A DNA stretch of 64,000 nucleotides from Botryllus schlosseri. Lineage: Eukaryota. The position numbers were made by a program, and so were the translations under genes. Positions within the stretch are counted from its first letter, which is position 1; each line of letters starts with the position of its first letter. Location: NCBI GenBank assembly GCA_051294905.1, contig CM119372.1:35528001-35592000 (forward strand), given 5' to 3'. The notes beneath the pieces were generated by a model. It had not been told where the DNA came from and searched no databases. It saw nothing but the letters and a program-made list of their open reading frames with translations. This document shows positions 1 to 13,213 of the stretch, in pieces.

Positions 1-108
1 TTTTTTTAGTCAAAACCACTAACTTCAAGTAAAAGGTGTGTAAAACACTAGTCAGACGAAGGTGGTAAAAATGTCCTCCTTTCCCCGTTCCTAAATATGG
101 TAACCCTA
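1..108. mobile_element. Right end of a hAT-like MITE (same family as 33982-34341), cut by the window edge
   Basis: Ends ATATGGTAACCCTA; preceding sequence resembles 34230-34341. Confidence 0.6.
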
Positions 109-333
109 AATAACAGCTTTATACATGTTCCTAATCAGAACAACAGGTTACATCGACACCATTACATGCATATAAACGTTATATGTCAAAAACATACTAC
201 TACGACTTTGAATTTATCCGCAACAACTGCATTTATATGATTCTGTTCATATATTTATTCAAAGTATGTCGCACTATCATCTTAGGGTAGGCATGTGAAC
301 CGAAGGCACCACAGCGACAATAATATTAGATAC

Positions 334-1320
334 TAGGGATGGTGTGAACGTGAGGTTCACGTTCGCGTTCTGTATGTGAACCTCGGAAATTTATAGGTTC
401 GCGTTCACAACAGAACCTTGGTAGGTTCTGCACTGTGAACCTTTTTCATATATTACAATTTTCACTTCAATTTCACTTCACTTCACTTCAATTCAATTTT
501 CATTTCAATTCAACATCTTTCGTTCGAATTTACTGCATTTAAACTGCGGGCCACTCTATGCATGATGCTGGTAGCATCAAAAATCAACACAAAACGAGCA
601 TGCCCATTGACAATCTCAAAAACGTTACTTGCTTTGTTACAAAAGTTTGCTTGAAATATCCAGCCTTCCGGTTGTGAAAATTTAGTGACTCTCTGCTGCG
701 ATATTAGCCGCATTTACACGACATCAAGAGCGAAATACACTACATGTAGTCAAACGAATGATGCTTACCCGACCAACAAATGAGATTGATATTGTTTTCT
801 GATGTAACAAATATAGCAGGTTTACTTTATCATTGGAACCATATCCGTGTGATTGAGGTGTTGGTTACAGCTGTATAACTTGTACTAAAATTTCAAGAGG
901 GAGTAGAAAAACCTATTTTACACTCTGCTCAATATCAATGTAGCAATAATCAGACACCGAAAGCATTGTCCGGTCTGGCCTAAACTTTTAAATCGTAAGC
1001 TTATATTCCCTGGCATGTCCTCGTCGAAATTGTCGGCAAAGCGTCGGAAGATATTTAATTTATGGGATTAATATATAATTTAATTGCCTCAGTTGATGCA
1101 TTTGGCGAAGTTTAAAACGCTGTATTGTGGAATTATGTGGCCCGAGTCGTCGCTAGGTATCGTGTACAAAGCCTATCACTTCATGAAAAGATAGGACTGG
1201 AATTTTAGAAATATGACGTCATGTGACGTCATAAGGTTCACGTTCGTGTTCACACAGAACCTTTCATAAAGGTTCGCGTTCACACGAATCTGAACCTTTC
1301 AGAGGTTCACACCATCCCTA
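334..1320. mobile_element. hAT-type MITE family A (TIR TAGGGATGGTGTGAAC; GTGAAC/GTTCAC subterminal repeats)
   Basis: Terminal inverted repeats at both ends; 8-bp TSD TTAGATAC/TTACATAC; terminus resembles the Ac/Ds TAGGGATG end. Confidence 0.88.
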
Positions 1321-3362
1321 TTACATACTCGCTATTGTTCCCGGATACATATAAATATATATATATAATTAATATGTGTGTATGTGGTGGGTCGCCAAAG
1401 TGTGAATGAAGCAAGTCCTTACATGGCGTCTTGTCTGGTGTGAGATTAATGGAAATTATTATAGCCGCTGGATTCATGCTAATTATATTTTTGAAAAATA
1501 CCGTGTTCCCGAATAGTAATGTCTATAATTCTTTACGAGGAGTCATGTAACAAAGGCGTCTGAACAAAGTCAACATGGGCAGATTTATTTAGCACTTTTA
1601 AGTCATTTTGTGCATCTTGACTGAGTTTTCTTGACGTTTATTGAAATCGCTTCCATACTACTGGGCTACTTTCTCGGAATATTCAGCGATTGCTTAACAA
1701 CTTGTAGCTGCATGCATGCAATCCAATGCACAGTTATCCAGAAAGGAGTTGTGTTAGGCTTACCACATTTAGAATAACTCATTTGGAATTTTTAATATGA
1801 CAAGATGAAATCCTCTTGACAAAAGTTGGTATACTTTACGGAGGTGTCACATTTATTCTAGGCCAGGTTCGTTTGATAGTGGAAAAGTTTTTTTTCCGCA
1901 TTGAAAATACGATATTCACATGATTATATGAGCAAAATTTCTTCACAATTATACTGTAACAAATATAGTAACAGTTCAGTAAATGGTCAGATTAAACGCT
2001 GGTACATCCCGTCAAATTTGTAACATTGACCGGTCATAACCGGTGGAAGGTGATGCTGATATCAATATAATATGTTTCAAATATATTTGCCTGCAGTCTT
2101 CAAAATCTTGGTTAAGCATTGCAGATGAGTAATTATAGGTAATCGCCCCATTCAAACACAAAAAACGCGATCAGTTCGTACGACAACCACTCAACAAAAC
2201 CATGATCAATGTTCAGTATTAATGGAACATCTCACTCTTACTACGATGAGATCTCAGATTAGGATTGTAAGAATGGTGGCATTTAAAACAAAAATTCATT
2301 TAAAACATACATGTTTGAAACAAGGCCCTTGTTTAAAACATTTTTTTATTGTTTTTTAGGCCATTTCACGACTATTCAACTGTTTTAAACAACGATTGGT
2401 TATAAATGAAATTCTAGTTGTAATTGTGAAAACAAAATTCGTGGGCATTTGCATCTGAATGCCATTATTCGTACCGTAGTTATAAGATTTTTACGTTCGG
2501 TTCTATACTGTACCTCATTAATTTCTGCGCTATCGCGTTCACGCGTCATCGCTCCCTAACGATTTGAGAAACTTCCGACACGCATTTAATCACAATTGAA
2601 TATTATCGACGCGATTTAGCTGTCACCCCAGTGAAAGAATTTCCGATGCTTCTCAGCTGCTGATGTGAAGGAAATGTATATAGTGGTCAGCTGATAATAT
2701 ACAGAGCAATCGAAAGAGATTACGAAGCGATGACGAGTTAAGATGAGATTATCGTAAGATGACTTTTTTATCTGACAAGACACACACCATGTACAATGAA
2801 ATGTAATAAGCCGGAAGATGCGGTTGCAGTTGCGGTCTCCTAAACTTGCATACACGTCGGCCTAGCGCCCGGTGTCGCAGTACTTTCTTCGATGCTTTTC
2901 TCTGTTCTGCGGTTCAATTTTTTGCTCTTTTCATGCCTTATATATGTGCTCTTTCACGTGTCATTTTTTTCTCGTTGTAAGTACGGCGACGTGAAGGAAG
3001 AGGAGCCGAGAATAATCTCCGTAACGGAATTGGTCCCGGGCGGCAGGCGTTTATCGCCATCACTACGCTTTCTCCTCGCAAGCGATCGCGATAGTGCAAA
3101 GATTGATTAAGTGCAATAGCATCAACTAGAACAACTAGAAATGAAATTAGAACCGACAGAATATACTCGTTGCGATTGTTCATAACTGACTGAATCGTCT
3201 GCGGCGAATTTAACAGTAATAACATTACAACTACAGTACAGTTCAAGAAAGTATAAACATAAACCCTATATTGTTTTCAGAGCGCTAAGACCAGGCACTG
3301 TAGATCTATGTGTGATTAAATAGGTGTATTATCAGATTTCAACCATAATGTGTGGGTATATA

Positions 3363-4325
3363 GAAGAGATGGTGCGTATCCTGAAAGTTTCTGACTCGTG
3401 TGAACGTGAACCTTTTTGAAGGGGTCTATGTGAACGAAAACGTGAACCTCTGACGTCATGTGATGTCTTATTGCTAATTCTAACCCAACATTTCCGATGA
3501 CTCCGCCCACAATGCTGAAGTACATGCTGATTTTTTATACGTCACTAAATGTATCGGCTAGAAAAGTCAAATCTATAGTAATTACATGAAATCAATATCT
3601 CCCGTCGCATTGCCAACAATCCGGACGAGGACTTGCGAGGTAATAAAAGATTACGTCTTGACGGTGTAGGTTAGACCGCAGCATGTATTCCTAAGACGTG
3701 GTCAGACTATTGTTACATTGAGTTATATCAGAGTGAAAAAACCGATTTTTATAGTTCCGACAAAAACAAGTTATGCAGCAGCCAACACCCCAATCCGACG
3801 GATTTGGTTTTCATGATACAACAACTAAATAAGATCAAGATAGAGTCCGTTCGCCATCTAAGATCTTTTACATTAAACAACGATTCATCCTCTATATAAG
3901 TTTCGTTGATGTCAATGTCAATATATGTGGTTACTACGACTAACTACATGTAGTGTATTTCGTTTTTGCTATTGTTTGAGTACGGGCAGAGCTCACAGCA
4001 GAGAGTCACTAAATCTGCACAATCGGAAAGCTGAACATTTCTAGGAAATAATTTCTAACAGAACAAATACCTTGGGAAATTGGAAAGTTACAAGCTCGTT
4101 TAGTGCTGAATTCCTTTTCATGCTGTACCTACTTCCTGCGGTGAGTGGTTCGAAGTTGGAATGCAAAAAATTCCAACAAAAAATGTTATAATGACTTTGG
4201 AAATTGTAATAGATGAAAACGGTCCACAGTGCAGAGCCTACCAAGATTCGTTGGCGAACGTGACCTCTAAATGTCGGAGGTTCACACAGAACGCGAACGT
4301 GAACCTCAGTTTCGCGCCATCCTTA
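3363..4325. mobile_element. Diverged family A MITE, inverted relative to 334-1320
   Basis: Colinear with 20704-21615; degenerate TIRs (GAGATGGTGCG ... CGCCATCCTTA); boundaries approximate. Confidence 0.75.
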
Positions 4326-4949
4326 GTAATTATGGTCGCTGCAGTTCAGTGGTTGCATCGCTAGTTCTACAGAAAGTCATTTTTTGGTATTTGTCCGTAG
4401 CTATATTCTCAAAAGCTAGCCACATTCCAGGATACAAGGGCCGGCTCCACGCCAATGTGCATGAGCATTATCCATACGGGCAATCCGGGGTCACAGTTTC
4501 ACAACTCTATTATAATCAACTAGTCAATTATGATCAATTCATCACTAAACCCCCTGGTAATCTCATACGTGATGGAATCCGGAAGACGCGTCTTCTCATC
4601 AACGCTGAGTTAAGCACAGGTAGAATGTGATATTGAAACGTGAATCCATGTTGCGGCGAATTATTATACGTTAAACGTTGGACTGTTACGGCTGTGATGC
4701 ATTCAATTCAATGAGGATCCGTCACAACTTTATGATTTCGCAATGCAAGAGTTCTCTGCTTCTCAGTGAACCTTGTAGACTTCATTCTTGTTGACTCTTT
4801 ACTGATTTCGGGTACGGGAACAAACTGAATACACTGAACACACTTCGATTGGATAAAGATTTGAAACCAGCTGTGTTCAATATTGCTCACCGCAAGGATA
4901 GCATACCTTACCTATACCATAAGTACCGATTTCAAATTCATGTTAGCCT

Positions 4950-5440
4950 TGTGATGTGCGAGAGCGAGGAACCTGTAGTCGGTTTTATTGACAATATCTC
5001 GACTGGCGCTGACAATATAAACGGATCGTCCTGCCTCGGTGAGTCGTAGGGCTGGCGGTGCACCGGATTTAAGGTACTTTTCACTGGAAAGCAAACGTAC
5101 ACTTCCTGTGTGAAGAGGTCAAAGCTTATCAAGAAACTTACAAAGGTTTTGCCTAATCACTTCAGTGGTTATGTTTAAGAGTAGGCTACTTCCTTCCACT
5201 TCCCCTTGGCAGCTTTATTCCTCCTTGTGAGGGAAATTAACATAACCTATTTGCACCAATTTGTAATGACATTGGTTATTCTGTGTTACTGGAAAACATG
5301 TACGATGTAAAAGTAAACTGTATTCGGTGAAGTGACCACCTCCGATTAACTGATCAAATTATGCCACACCGAGGCCAAATCTACTTTTTCAAACTAACTA
5401 CTTGGGTACTGTTCGTATCTCCATTATTCTGTTCCTGCTT
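4950..5440 (+). mobile_element. Possible very decayed LINE reverse-transcriptase remnant
   Basis: Frameshifted patches in the expected order: STGADNI, GTFHWKANV, an NYRP-like/TSVVM patch and GTV..SPLF; weak similarity only. Confidence 0.3.
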
Positions 5441-7044
5441 GCTGTAGTTTTGATTTGTCTTTGAAATTTTTAGAAATTAGTAGAAATTTATGGCCTTGTG
5501 CAACTTCATCTTGAATAGCAAGACCGACTACGTTGAACACCTATGGCCTATATGCGAGCCTGCCAGAGCTGACGTAATATGCTGTAGCGGATTACGGACC
5601 TGCTCAAGAATTTAATTCTATGCAGGAGTTCATAAGAACCGTCTTGCGGACGGGTATTCTCCGTTAGTGTTCTCTCGGTTTTCGTGTTGACACTTCCTGG
5701 AGTGTTGAGTAAGAGACGTTTTGCAACCTGGCAAATGGGTATAAAATTACGTTTGGCTAATGCTAATTATAGTATAGAAGCACATATGTAGTGCTGACGA
5801 ATGACGTAACGTACCTTTGCTGAATACTTTCCGGAAACCGTTTAACAAGGTAATACAGTATGTGGATGTCTTTCATTTGTACGTACTTGATTCGATGTGA
5901 GTTTATTCCAACTCAATTAAGCGGTCATTCCACGTACGTCGAGGCATGCGCTCGGTTATGTCTGTCGTGTCGTACATAAATCAGTACAAGCGCATAAATA
6001 ATACCAGTGATTGTGTCACATTATTGTAAAATGCGAATGCTACGGTGATTATTATAGACACGTTGCTGGTTTATTTAGTGGGAGGAGGTCCAACACTTTT
6101 CTGTTTATACAATCAAGTCGTTTTTTTCGTAAGATGGAAGATTAAGGCAATACCGTTCGCCAGACGAGTCGTTACCTGTTTTAAATAACAGACTCTATGG
6201 GTTATTGACAATACCTTTATTGGTTACAGTGAAATACGTTCAATGCAGTAGTGTTCTAGAGGCTCCGTGGTGTTCAAGGAACACAGTCAACTCATTCATA
6301 TGATTTGTGATGATACGCCGGTCTTGGCCCCCATTGGTTGTAGGTATTTAGGCCCGATCAGTATGATCAAATTGTGACTTTTTAGGTGGTACGTCATGAG
6401 CAGTGCCGCGCGCATGGGGGTTGGGGGTTCAAAATCGAAACCTCGTCCTTCTGAAATGATAATTCGAGCGCCATTATTTATAAGCCCATTTATAATTAAG
6501 CAATGGGTACCAATCACGCTGTTGTGCTCCTGCCGAACAATACCACGACAGTTTTGAAGATGAAGCCTCGCATTTCTGAACTGGTGTCTGAAAAGGAACA
6601 GCTGAAGACACATTGATTTGCAATATTCATTGTAATGTGTTCGTTTTGTTTGGGAATTATATTTTATTGCATTTGTTCTAGTATGTTGATGCATATATCT
6701 TTTAGACCTTCAGTAATATGTAGTTTTGTATCAGATGTGTAGTTAGATGTGCATTGTTGTGGACATTTGTTTTTATGACGTTTGGGGTTCAGCGAAGGTC
6801 TGAAGATTAATGTGAGTGTTCAGCGGGTTTTTACTAAGGTTTCATAAATAATGATTTATCTTTTGCCCAGCTGGGCCCCAAATCAACACCTTTTCAGGAA
6901 TGTAGGTTGCGCCCTTACGCATGTCGCACTCGTCACTGGGATCTTAATGATGATTTTCAGGGAAACTTAGCAGTTAGCACCGTATTTCATTCATCCATAT
7001 CGCACTTCCTCACCCTTATTTGTGCAGTTGTGTTAATGATCACC

Positions 7045-7185
7045 ATGAATCTAACTCTGGCCGGAACTGTGGACTATCAAGTTCCTTTTTGGTTGCGAAT
7101 CGTTATCATCATCTATATATCTCTAGTCACGTCTTCGGGAATTGTGATGAATGGGATTGTTATAACTGCCTTTTGGAAAAATAAG
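7045..7185 (+). CDS. Opsin A exon 1 (N-terminus, TM1)
   Basis: caccATG start; MNLTLAG...MNGIVITAFWKNK; donor gttagt at 7186; same 141-nt length as paralogue B exon 1. Confidence 0.85.
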
Positions 7186-10100
7186 GTTAGTTCTGGTAGC
7201 ACAGCGTTTAATCAAATTCATGGATTGAAATCTCTATCTCTACTGCATATCATGGGGGTGTACTTCGGAATTATCAAGTTCACTTAGCTTTACATTGTGC
7301 TAGTAGTGCTATGTGTAAGGCGTTGCATATGAATGCTTTTTTAGAATTAATATCTCGTATTCAAGTATTTCCAGCTCCGATAGGATTCTCGCATTAACCT
7401 GGTTGTAAGGCTTGAAGAAATTACGCGGGCTATCTAGCTGTTCATCTGATCGGCTAAATATCCTCTAGGCTTATGGCAACACTTACTGGTCGGAGGTATT
7501 AGTTTTAAGTTCTGATTGGTTATTTTTTCTTGGGATTCGAAAATTTGCAGATAAAGACTGACCTTACTACTGTCCTAACATATAACATAATATTATGATG
7601 AATGAAGAACTCGATTTTGATTGATTTAGAAACTACGAACGCCGGTGAACTATTTGATTTTGAATCTATGCGTGTCCAACCTTCTCAGCGCTACTGCCAG
7701 CGCATCTTTAATCATTCCAATAAATACGATTGGAGAGCAGTTTTTTGGCAACAAGGGCTGCATGATGTATGTTCTCGTCTGTGGAATATTCGGTACGTAT
7801 CCTCAGGTGGCTATACACGGGTTCACTGGCGACTACGGCTTGGGCACTATAGGGTTGTTCAAATATTTTTTTCAGGATTGCAAGGATTCAATGATTACAT
7901 TGTTGGTTGCATAAAAAAGCGCTTCACCTTCACGCCACATTTGGCTCAATTCCAACGAGTAAAAGCCGAAGCTGATCCTATTGAAGATTTTGAATTATCT
8001 ACAAAAACGACGCAAAATAAAGTTGACGCACTTCCAAGGAGTAGAATCGAAGTTATTCGAGTTTTTACATTGATTATGCAATTTATAAGTCAAAGCCATT
8101 ATCGCAAATACAAAACTTTCAGCCGCAATAACTGCGCTTCTACCGGTTGGAATATTGCAAAAATTGTTATGCGTCGTTATTTTAGGCAGCTCAACAATTT
8201 CTTCGGCTTGAAACTAAAATTATTTAAAAATAAATCCAATAAATTCAATTTTTTCAATTGGATTTGCCTGGGCTTCTATTGATTGTAATTAAGCCTAATT
8301 TGGTGAGAAGCTTTTCCAAGACAGCCTAAAATTCAATCGGTGATCCCCGGAATACGGAAGAAAGTCATTTTGAACAGCCCTACTAGGCACAATCATACGA
8401 GTACTCGAACCTGAATCTAGTGTTATTTCTAATAACTCGAGTCCGAGTAGTAGGAGTGATTTTTTCAGTACGTAAATTATACTCTTCATGCCAGAACAAG
8501 CTCATTTATCAAGGGATATCATAGTTTCCAGCATATCATAGTTTCCTTTAACCTCCATTGATCATGGCGCATCACGGGATCATGTAGCACAAGGCTACGC
8601 ATGTTAGTGGAAATACCATGATCAAACCACATCTTTTGTCACAAAGTGAAATGAAATCGGTATGATGGAGAAATATTCAAATTATGTTTTTTGAGATCTA
8701 GAACTATCACTGCAATCTTTGCGATGAAGGGTCGCAATTCCACGTCATAGATACTGTTGAAGCCAGCGTTGAAGCGACTCGTGTCGCTTTGCAAAAATGT
8801 CTTGAAGTGACATGATTCGACATTTGCAAAATGTAAATTGACTCGAGACTAATTTTTCGTGTCAAGTCCAAGTCATCCTGTAATTGGTGTTGATTTATTC
8901 ACTGCACCTGTATACGTACATGTTCAACACACAATGATATGTCCTGTGTGAGCAAGCAGTCATGTAACGATTGCAAAGTCTTCTATTATTGAGCCTGAGC
9001 AGATATGTCATATCGATATGCATAAGTTTAGATTCAGATCATCTGTGAAATGAGGGAATCTCATTCTCCTGACAGCTGATTTGATTTAAAAAGGCCAATG
9101 GCGTTCATTTCAGGCACAAGTAATTCAAGTCCATCTCAATTAATTTAAAGTTGAATGACAACTCATTCCAGTGATGTTAGGGATGGTGGTCATTTTTGTG
9201 AATAATATTGCAAGTGACTGTTAGGGTTATCCCTGCATTCAAATGCAATGTGACAACTCGCTGATTTTCGTTAAGGTGTGACAAATTTATGTACGATTGT
9301 GGTTCTCTCTATCGCGCATTTCATCGTGATATGCAAGTCCAAGCGTTTCACTCTGAGTCGCCGTCATGTTATCGCAGGTTAGTGTTGAATAAGTATTGTG
9401 TTATTTTCTGGCTAATATGTATTTCAAAAACAGAACGGGATTCACCCAGAATTGAGTTGAGCAACTTTGCTAGTATTAGGAAAAATGACGTAAGCCTGTT
9501 GAATAGCATTCGCCTATGTTTCAACTGAAATCATTTTCCTTATTGGTAGTTGTATAAAAGGTACATATTTGAATTTACTAATTGAATAGATTATGATGAT
9601 AATTCTTCTTATGTATTTCAAGGAATCGTATTCGTCTGGATATGGTCGTCTCTGTGGAACGGGGTGCTCGTTGGTAGCGGGGGCTATGGTACAGACACCA
9701 TCCAATCAGTTTGCGGGATAGTGTGGAATTCAGTCGATAAGAATATAGTCCAATATACCTTGTATATGACGTGTTGCTTCGTATTGCCACTGTCCATTCT
9801 CACGTACTGTTACGGATCCATTATATACGAAATCCGACAGGTAGGCTAATACTGTAACAGGTGACAAGTAGGCTATCTCAGCAACTGTCTTTCTACTGCA
9901 TACACGAGTTGGAAATAACAGACCTACGTCCAACGTTAACGAATTTTACACAGTTAAAAAACTTAAGGTGAAATTTCATCTCCTCTGCCGAACTGATATT
10001 GAAGTATTGAATTTGAACATTTTACAACAAACATTAGGCAATAATTACTTATTACCAACATTGAAAGGTGAATAGATATGTTATAGAAGCACAACCTTAT

Positions 10101-13100
10101 GTACAGGAAGCTAAGCTATCCATATATTTCACAAAAGTGAATCCAGATCAAACGGGACATACGTAAGATGTATATATAACTGACGGTACAACTTCCAAGT
10201 TGTGAGAGTATAATAAGCTCCGTGGCACACTGATCTCGCGGTTGATACGTCACAATTCGACACTGTCTCAATCGAACCGATGGATAAGGTAACGTAGCCT
10301 GGACAGTGACGACAGTCTGTTTCACAGCGTACAAAGGTATCTAGTTTCTCGTCGACATCAAGAGCTGCCCTGCCAGAAGCTGCGAAAATGGTTTTTGTAA
10401 TCATGGTCGCGTTTTTGATTTGCTGGTGCCCGTACGGCTGCGTCGCCCTGCTAAGAATGATCAGACCATCTCACAAGGTTTGCGCTATATCATACGTGAT
10501 CTAACTTCTGTACGGAGATCGCATGTTTGTTGAATTACAGATTCCTATTTTCGTGGAAAGTGCCTTGTCATTTTTCGCGAAATCGTCTTACGTTACGAGC
10601 CCGATCATCTACGTGGCCATGAATAGTCAGGTACGAATAACAGGACTATATAATTGAGATTGAGTTTGCCGTTAAGTTAAACACACCTTTGCTTAAGGGG
10701 ATGACTAACGATCCATATATTTTCAAAATCGTTAATGAAAGTAGAGTCTACGTCAAAAGATAGAAAAAGAAAATAATCATCTAAACCACATTTATGACTA
10801 GAAGGTCAAAGAATTTATCCTAAATAGTTAAGGTCACTCTCTTTTCCACTATAAAGTCACTTTATTGGAACGGGAGAATTTGCAGTCTCGTCCGTGCATA
10901 GGATATTAGCGCTAGCGAGACCAAAATATCTTGCTATTGTGTGATGGATCATTAGATCTCCTGTGAATATATTACATCCGCCATTAATATCTGTTTATTC
11001 GTGAATGCCCGAATTTCTGATACCGCATTTCTGATGTGCGTTCGTTGGTGTTGTTTTCAAATCTGAAATCTCGAGGTTTAAAATTGAACAGTATTTCTTC
11101 ACCTTATAATCATGCCCCACTGTCGGCTTTTTAATTTTTCATTGTGCTGCCCTGTTTTCAATGCTCTATTCGATAAGTCGTCTTGAGGATATTTAAAAAT
11201 TGTTTTAACAGCAAGGGACCTGCGTGAACATAGGGAAAATAGGAACGGCAGAAGTTGGAGTTTTGTTTCTGCGATAAATTGATAGGTACAAACATATAAG
11301 TACAACCTTTTATTAATGGAGTGATGACCTCAGATTATTATTTATTCGAATGTCTGCTACTGTTGTGTCAACTGTGGGTCGGAACGTGCTATTACCGAAT
11401 CCAAGCGCAGGCACATCAGAGATGATGAACTATATCAGGGGTGTTAATCATTCGGTGGGCTTCGATCTAGTTTTACATGTCACCTACCGAACCGCTGATT
11501 AAAATTAAGCTCAAGACATATCTCAGACCTAAATACGATATATTCGCTATGAGTCTGTGTTGGACTTCGACCAAAATATTGTAAACTTAATGTAAGGATC
11601 GGCAAAGTTAATGTTTAGTAAGGATTCACAGTCGCAAGCGTTCTTACGATCTACCGAAATAGCCAAGCGATATTCCTTAAATGACACTGAGTTCCACCGT
11701 AGTTTCCTATAGCTCAGGAGGAAGTCAGCGACGCAAAGCACATGTATATTTCCTATTGTTGCCATACCGATTTAGCACTCTCACTCTCGCCGATCCGCTG
11801 CTTGCTCCTGCCACTTTCTCCTGAGGTGCTGCATCGTTCCCCCAAACGGCATTATCACGTCGTTACGAAAAACTTTTTCATAATGCAACATTCGGGACTG
11901 ATTTCAAAGGGTTCCAGGGCCACGAGCAGAGTAAAATGTCTATGTTACCAATGAGGATACCGCGGTAGCTTTCGATTGACAACCGCTTTATTAAATTTCG
12001 CGATCGGCAAGCCAGTCTAAATATCTCCGAAATTGCCTTTGGTCAAATGGAGCGAATGACGTAGCCCAAACCCAGCAGTGAGCCGTTTGACTTGGTTGTA
12101 TCCACACCACTGTCATATACTGTCAGAGCTGTAACTGCCGCACCTCAAGCCCCCAATTGAGCGCGAGCTCGAAGAAGGCCCTAAATTATTCCGCTAATCA
12201 ACATAAATTACAAAGTATTTTGTGAAAGATTTCGCATAACTTCAAATATTTTTACTTTTAAAATTGGTACTGGCAGTACCCCAAGGAAAAAAATGCGCAT
12301 GATTTTTACAAAGAATTGACAATGCAGCCCCACCATTACGTCCCCATGACGCACCAAGACTTCTGGAGTCTCGGCCCACATGCGAATTCGCGAAGTGTGT
12401 CTATTAAAACCTCGTCCTAAAATGACATCCGCACGTTGGCCGAGAGAACAATCAACATCTATAATCTATTATAGCCTAGTGCTAATTGTCGGGATGCAAG
12501 GAATAGCTTTGCGCTTGCTATCTGAAGTAACCACCGCCGCGACCTCTACCATTAAATCTGATCACATAAACTGGGAGACGATGAAAAATTATTTGCAATA
12601 TATGTAATCACCGATATTATAGAGAAAATCGGATCCTTAGCCTACTATGAAATGTTTTCGCGCGTGGCGCGACTACGCCCACACATAGATATGTGCCCTG
12701 AGACAGAAAAACGTACTTTTCTGTTAGTGGTAAAGAGGGAGTGTTGAAGGCAACCCTGGTCCAAGAAGTTTGACGTATGATCATGTGGGGCTTGGGGTCC
12801 ACGACTAACGTTTGGGGGCTGACGAAGTACTATCTAGGCCCTGGACAATGCATCATGATCGAGGTCATCGCAATGAGCGAACCAGCTCTCGATACTAGAA
12901 TGAGAATAGCTAATAAGTAGCTGCTAATTCATATGTACGTTGTGAGTTGGGTTATCCCCATCGCATATAGGCCTACCTGATTAGTATTGTTGACATCGGT
13001 ACAATGGGAATCTCTGATAACAGAATCTCTAGACATCAAACTGATAAACTGAATGCAACTTTTATACACTGGCTGCATAACTGCATTTTGCAGATGAAAC

Positions 13101-13213
13101 AAAGCGTACTGAAGGTATTTCGACTGCCCTCATCGAGGCGGAATCGATCGTCAATTTCAACGAAAGCAACGCATCTCACAGTCGAAAAATGTGGGGACGG
13201 CATGCGTACCTAG
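7045..13213 (+). CDS. Opsin paralogue A (ciliary-type gene structure, atypical activation motifs), 7 coding exons, 327 aa
   Basis: Exons 7045-7185, 7630-7792, 9276-9377, 9623-9840, 10328-10477, 10541-10630 and 13094-13213. All introns are GT-AG, phases 0,1,1,0,0,0, summing to 984 nt in frame. Motifs: MNLT sequon, KLRTPVNYLILNL, C110, C187, CWCPY and FFAKSS (K296 at 10580-10582). An in-frame ATG at 7036 is an alternative start. Confidence 0.93.
7630..7792 (+). CDS. Opsin A exon 2 (TM2 to start of TM3)
   Basis: tttag acceptor; KLRTPVNYLILNLCVSNLL...GCMMYVLVCGIFG; donor gtacgt. Confidence 0.92.
9276..9377 (+). CDS. Opsin A exon 3 (TM3, ICL2)
   Basis: VTNLCTIVVLSIAHFIVICKSKRFTLSRRHVIA; 102 nt as in paralogue B; donor gttagt. 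Confidence 0.9.
9623..9840 (+). CDS. Opsin A exon 4 (TM4, ECL2, TM5)
   Basis: IVFVWIWSSLWNGVLVGSGGYGTDTIQSVCGIVW...FVLPLSILTYCYGSIIYEIRQ; donor gtaggc. Confidence 0.92.
10328..10477 (+). CDS. Opsin A exon 5 (ICL3, TM6)
   Basis: RTKVSSFSSTSRAALPEAAKMVFVIMVAFLICWCPYGCVALLRMIRPSHK; cag/gt boundaries. Confidence 0.9.
10541..10630 (+). CDS. Opsin A exon 6 (TM7 with Lys296)
   Basis: IPIFVESALSFFAKSSYVTSPIIYVAMNSQ; preceded by a 63-nt intron. Confidence 0.93.
13094..13213 (+). CDS. Opsin A exon 7 (helix 8, C-tail)
   Basis: ttttgcag acceptor; MKQSVLKVFRLP...MRT*; homologous to paralogue B MRKRVLEVFRLR. Confidence 0.85.
   Translation: MKQSVLKVFRLPSSRRNRSSISTKATHLTVEKCGDGMRT

Noticed and set aside
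7602..8282. Longest ORF in the track (226 aa)
   Set aside because: It overlaps opsin A exon 2 in another frame and runs into intron and MITE sequence, with no recognisable domain.
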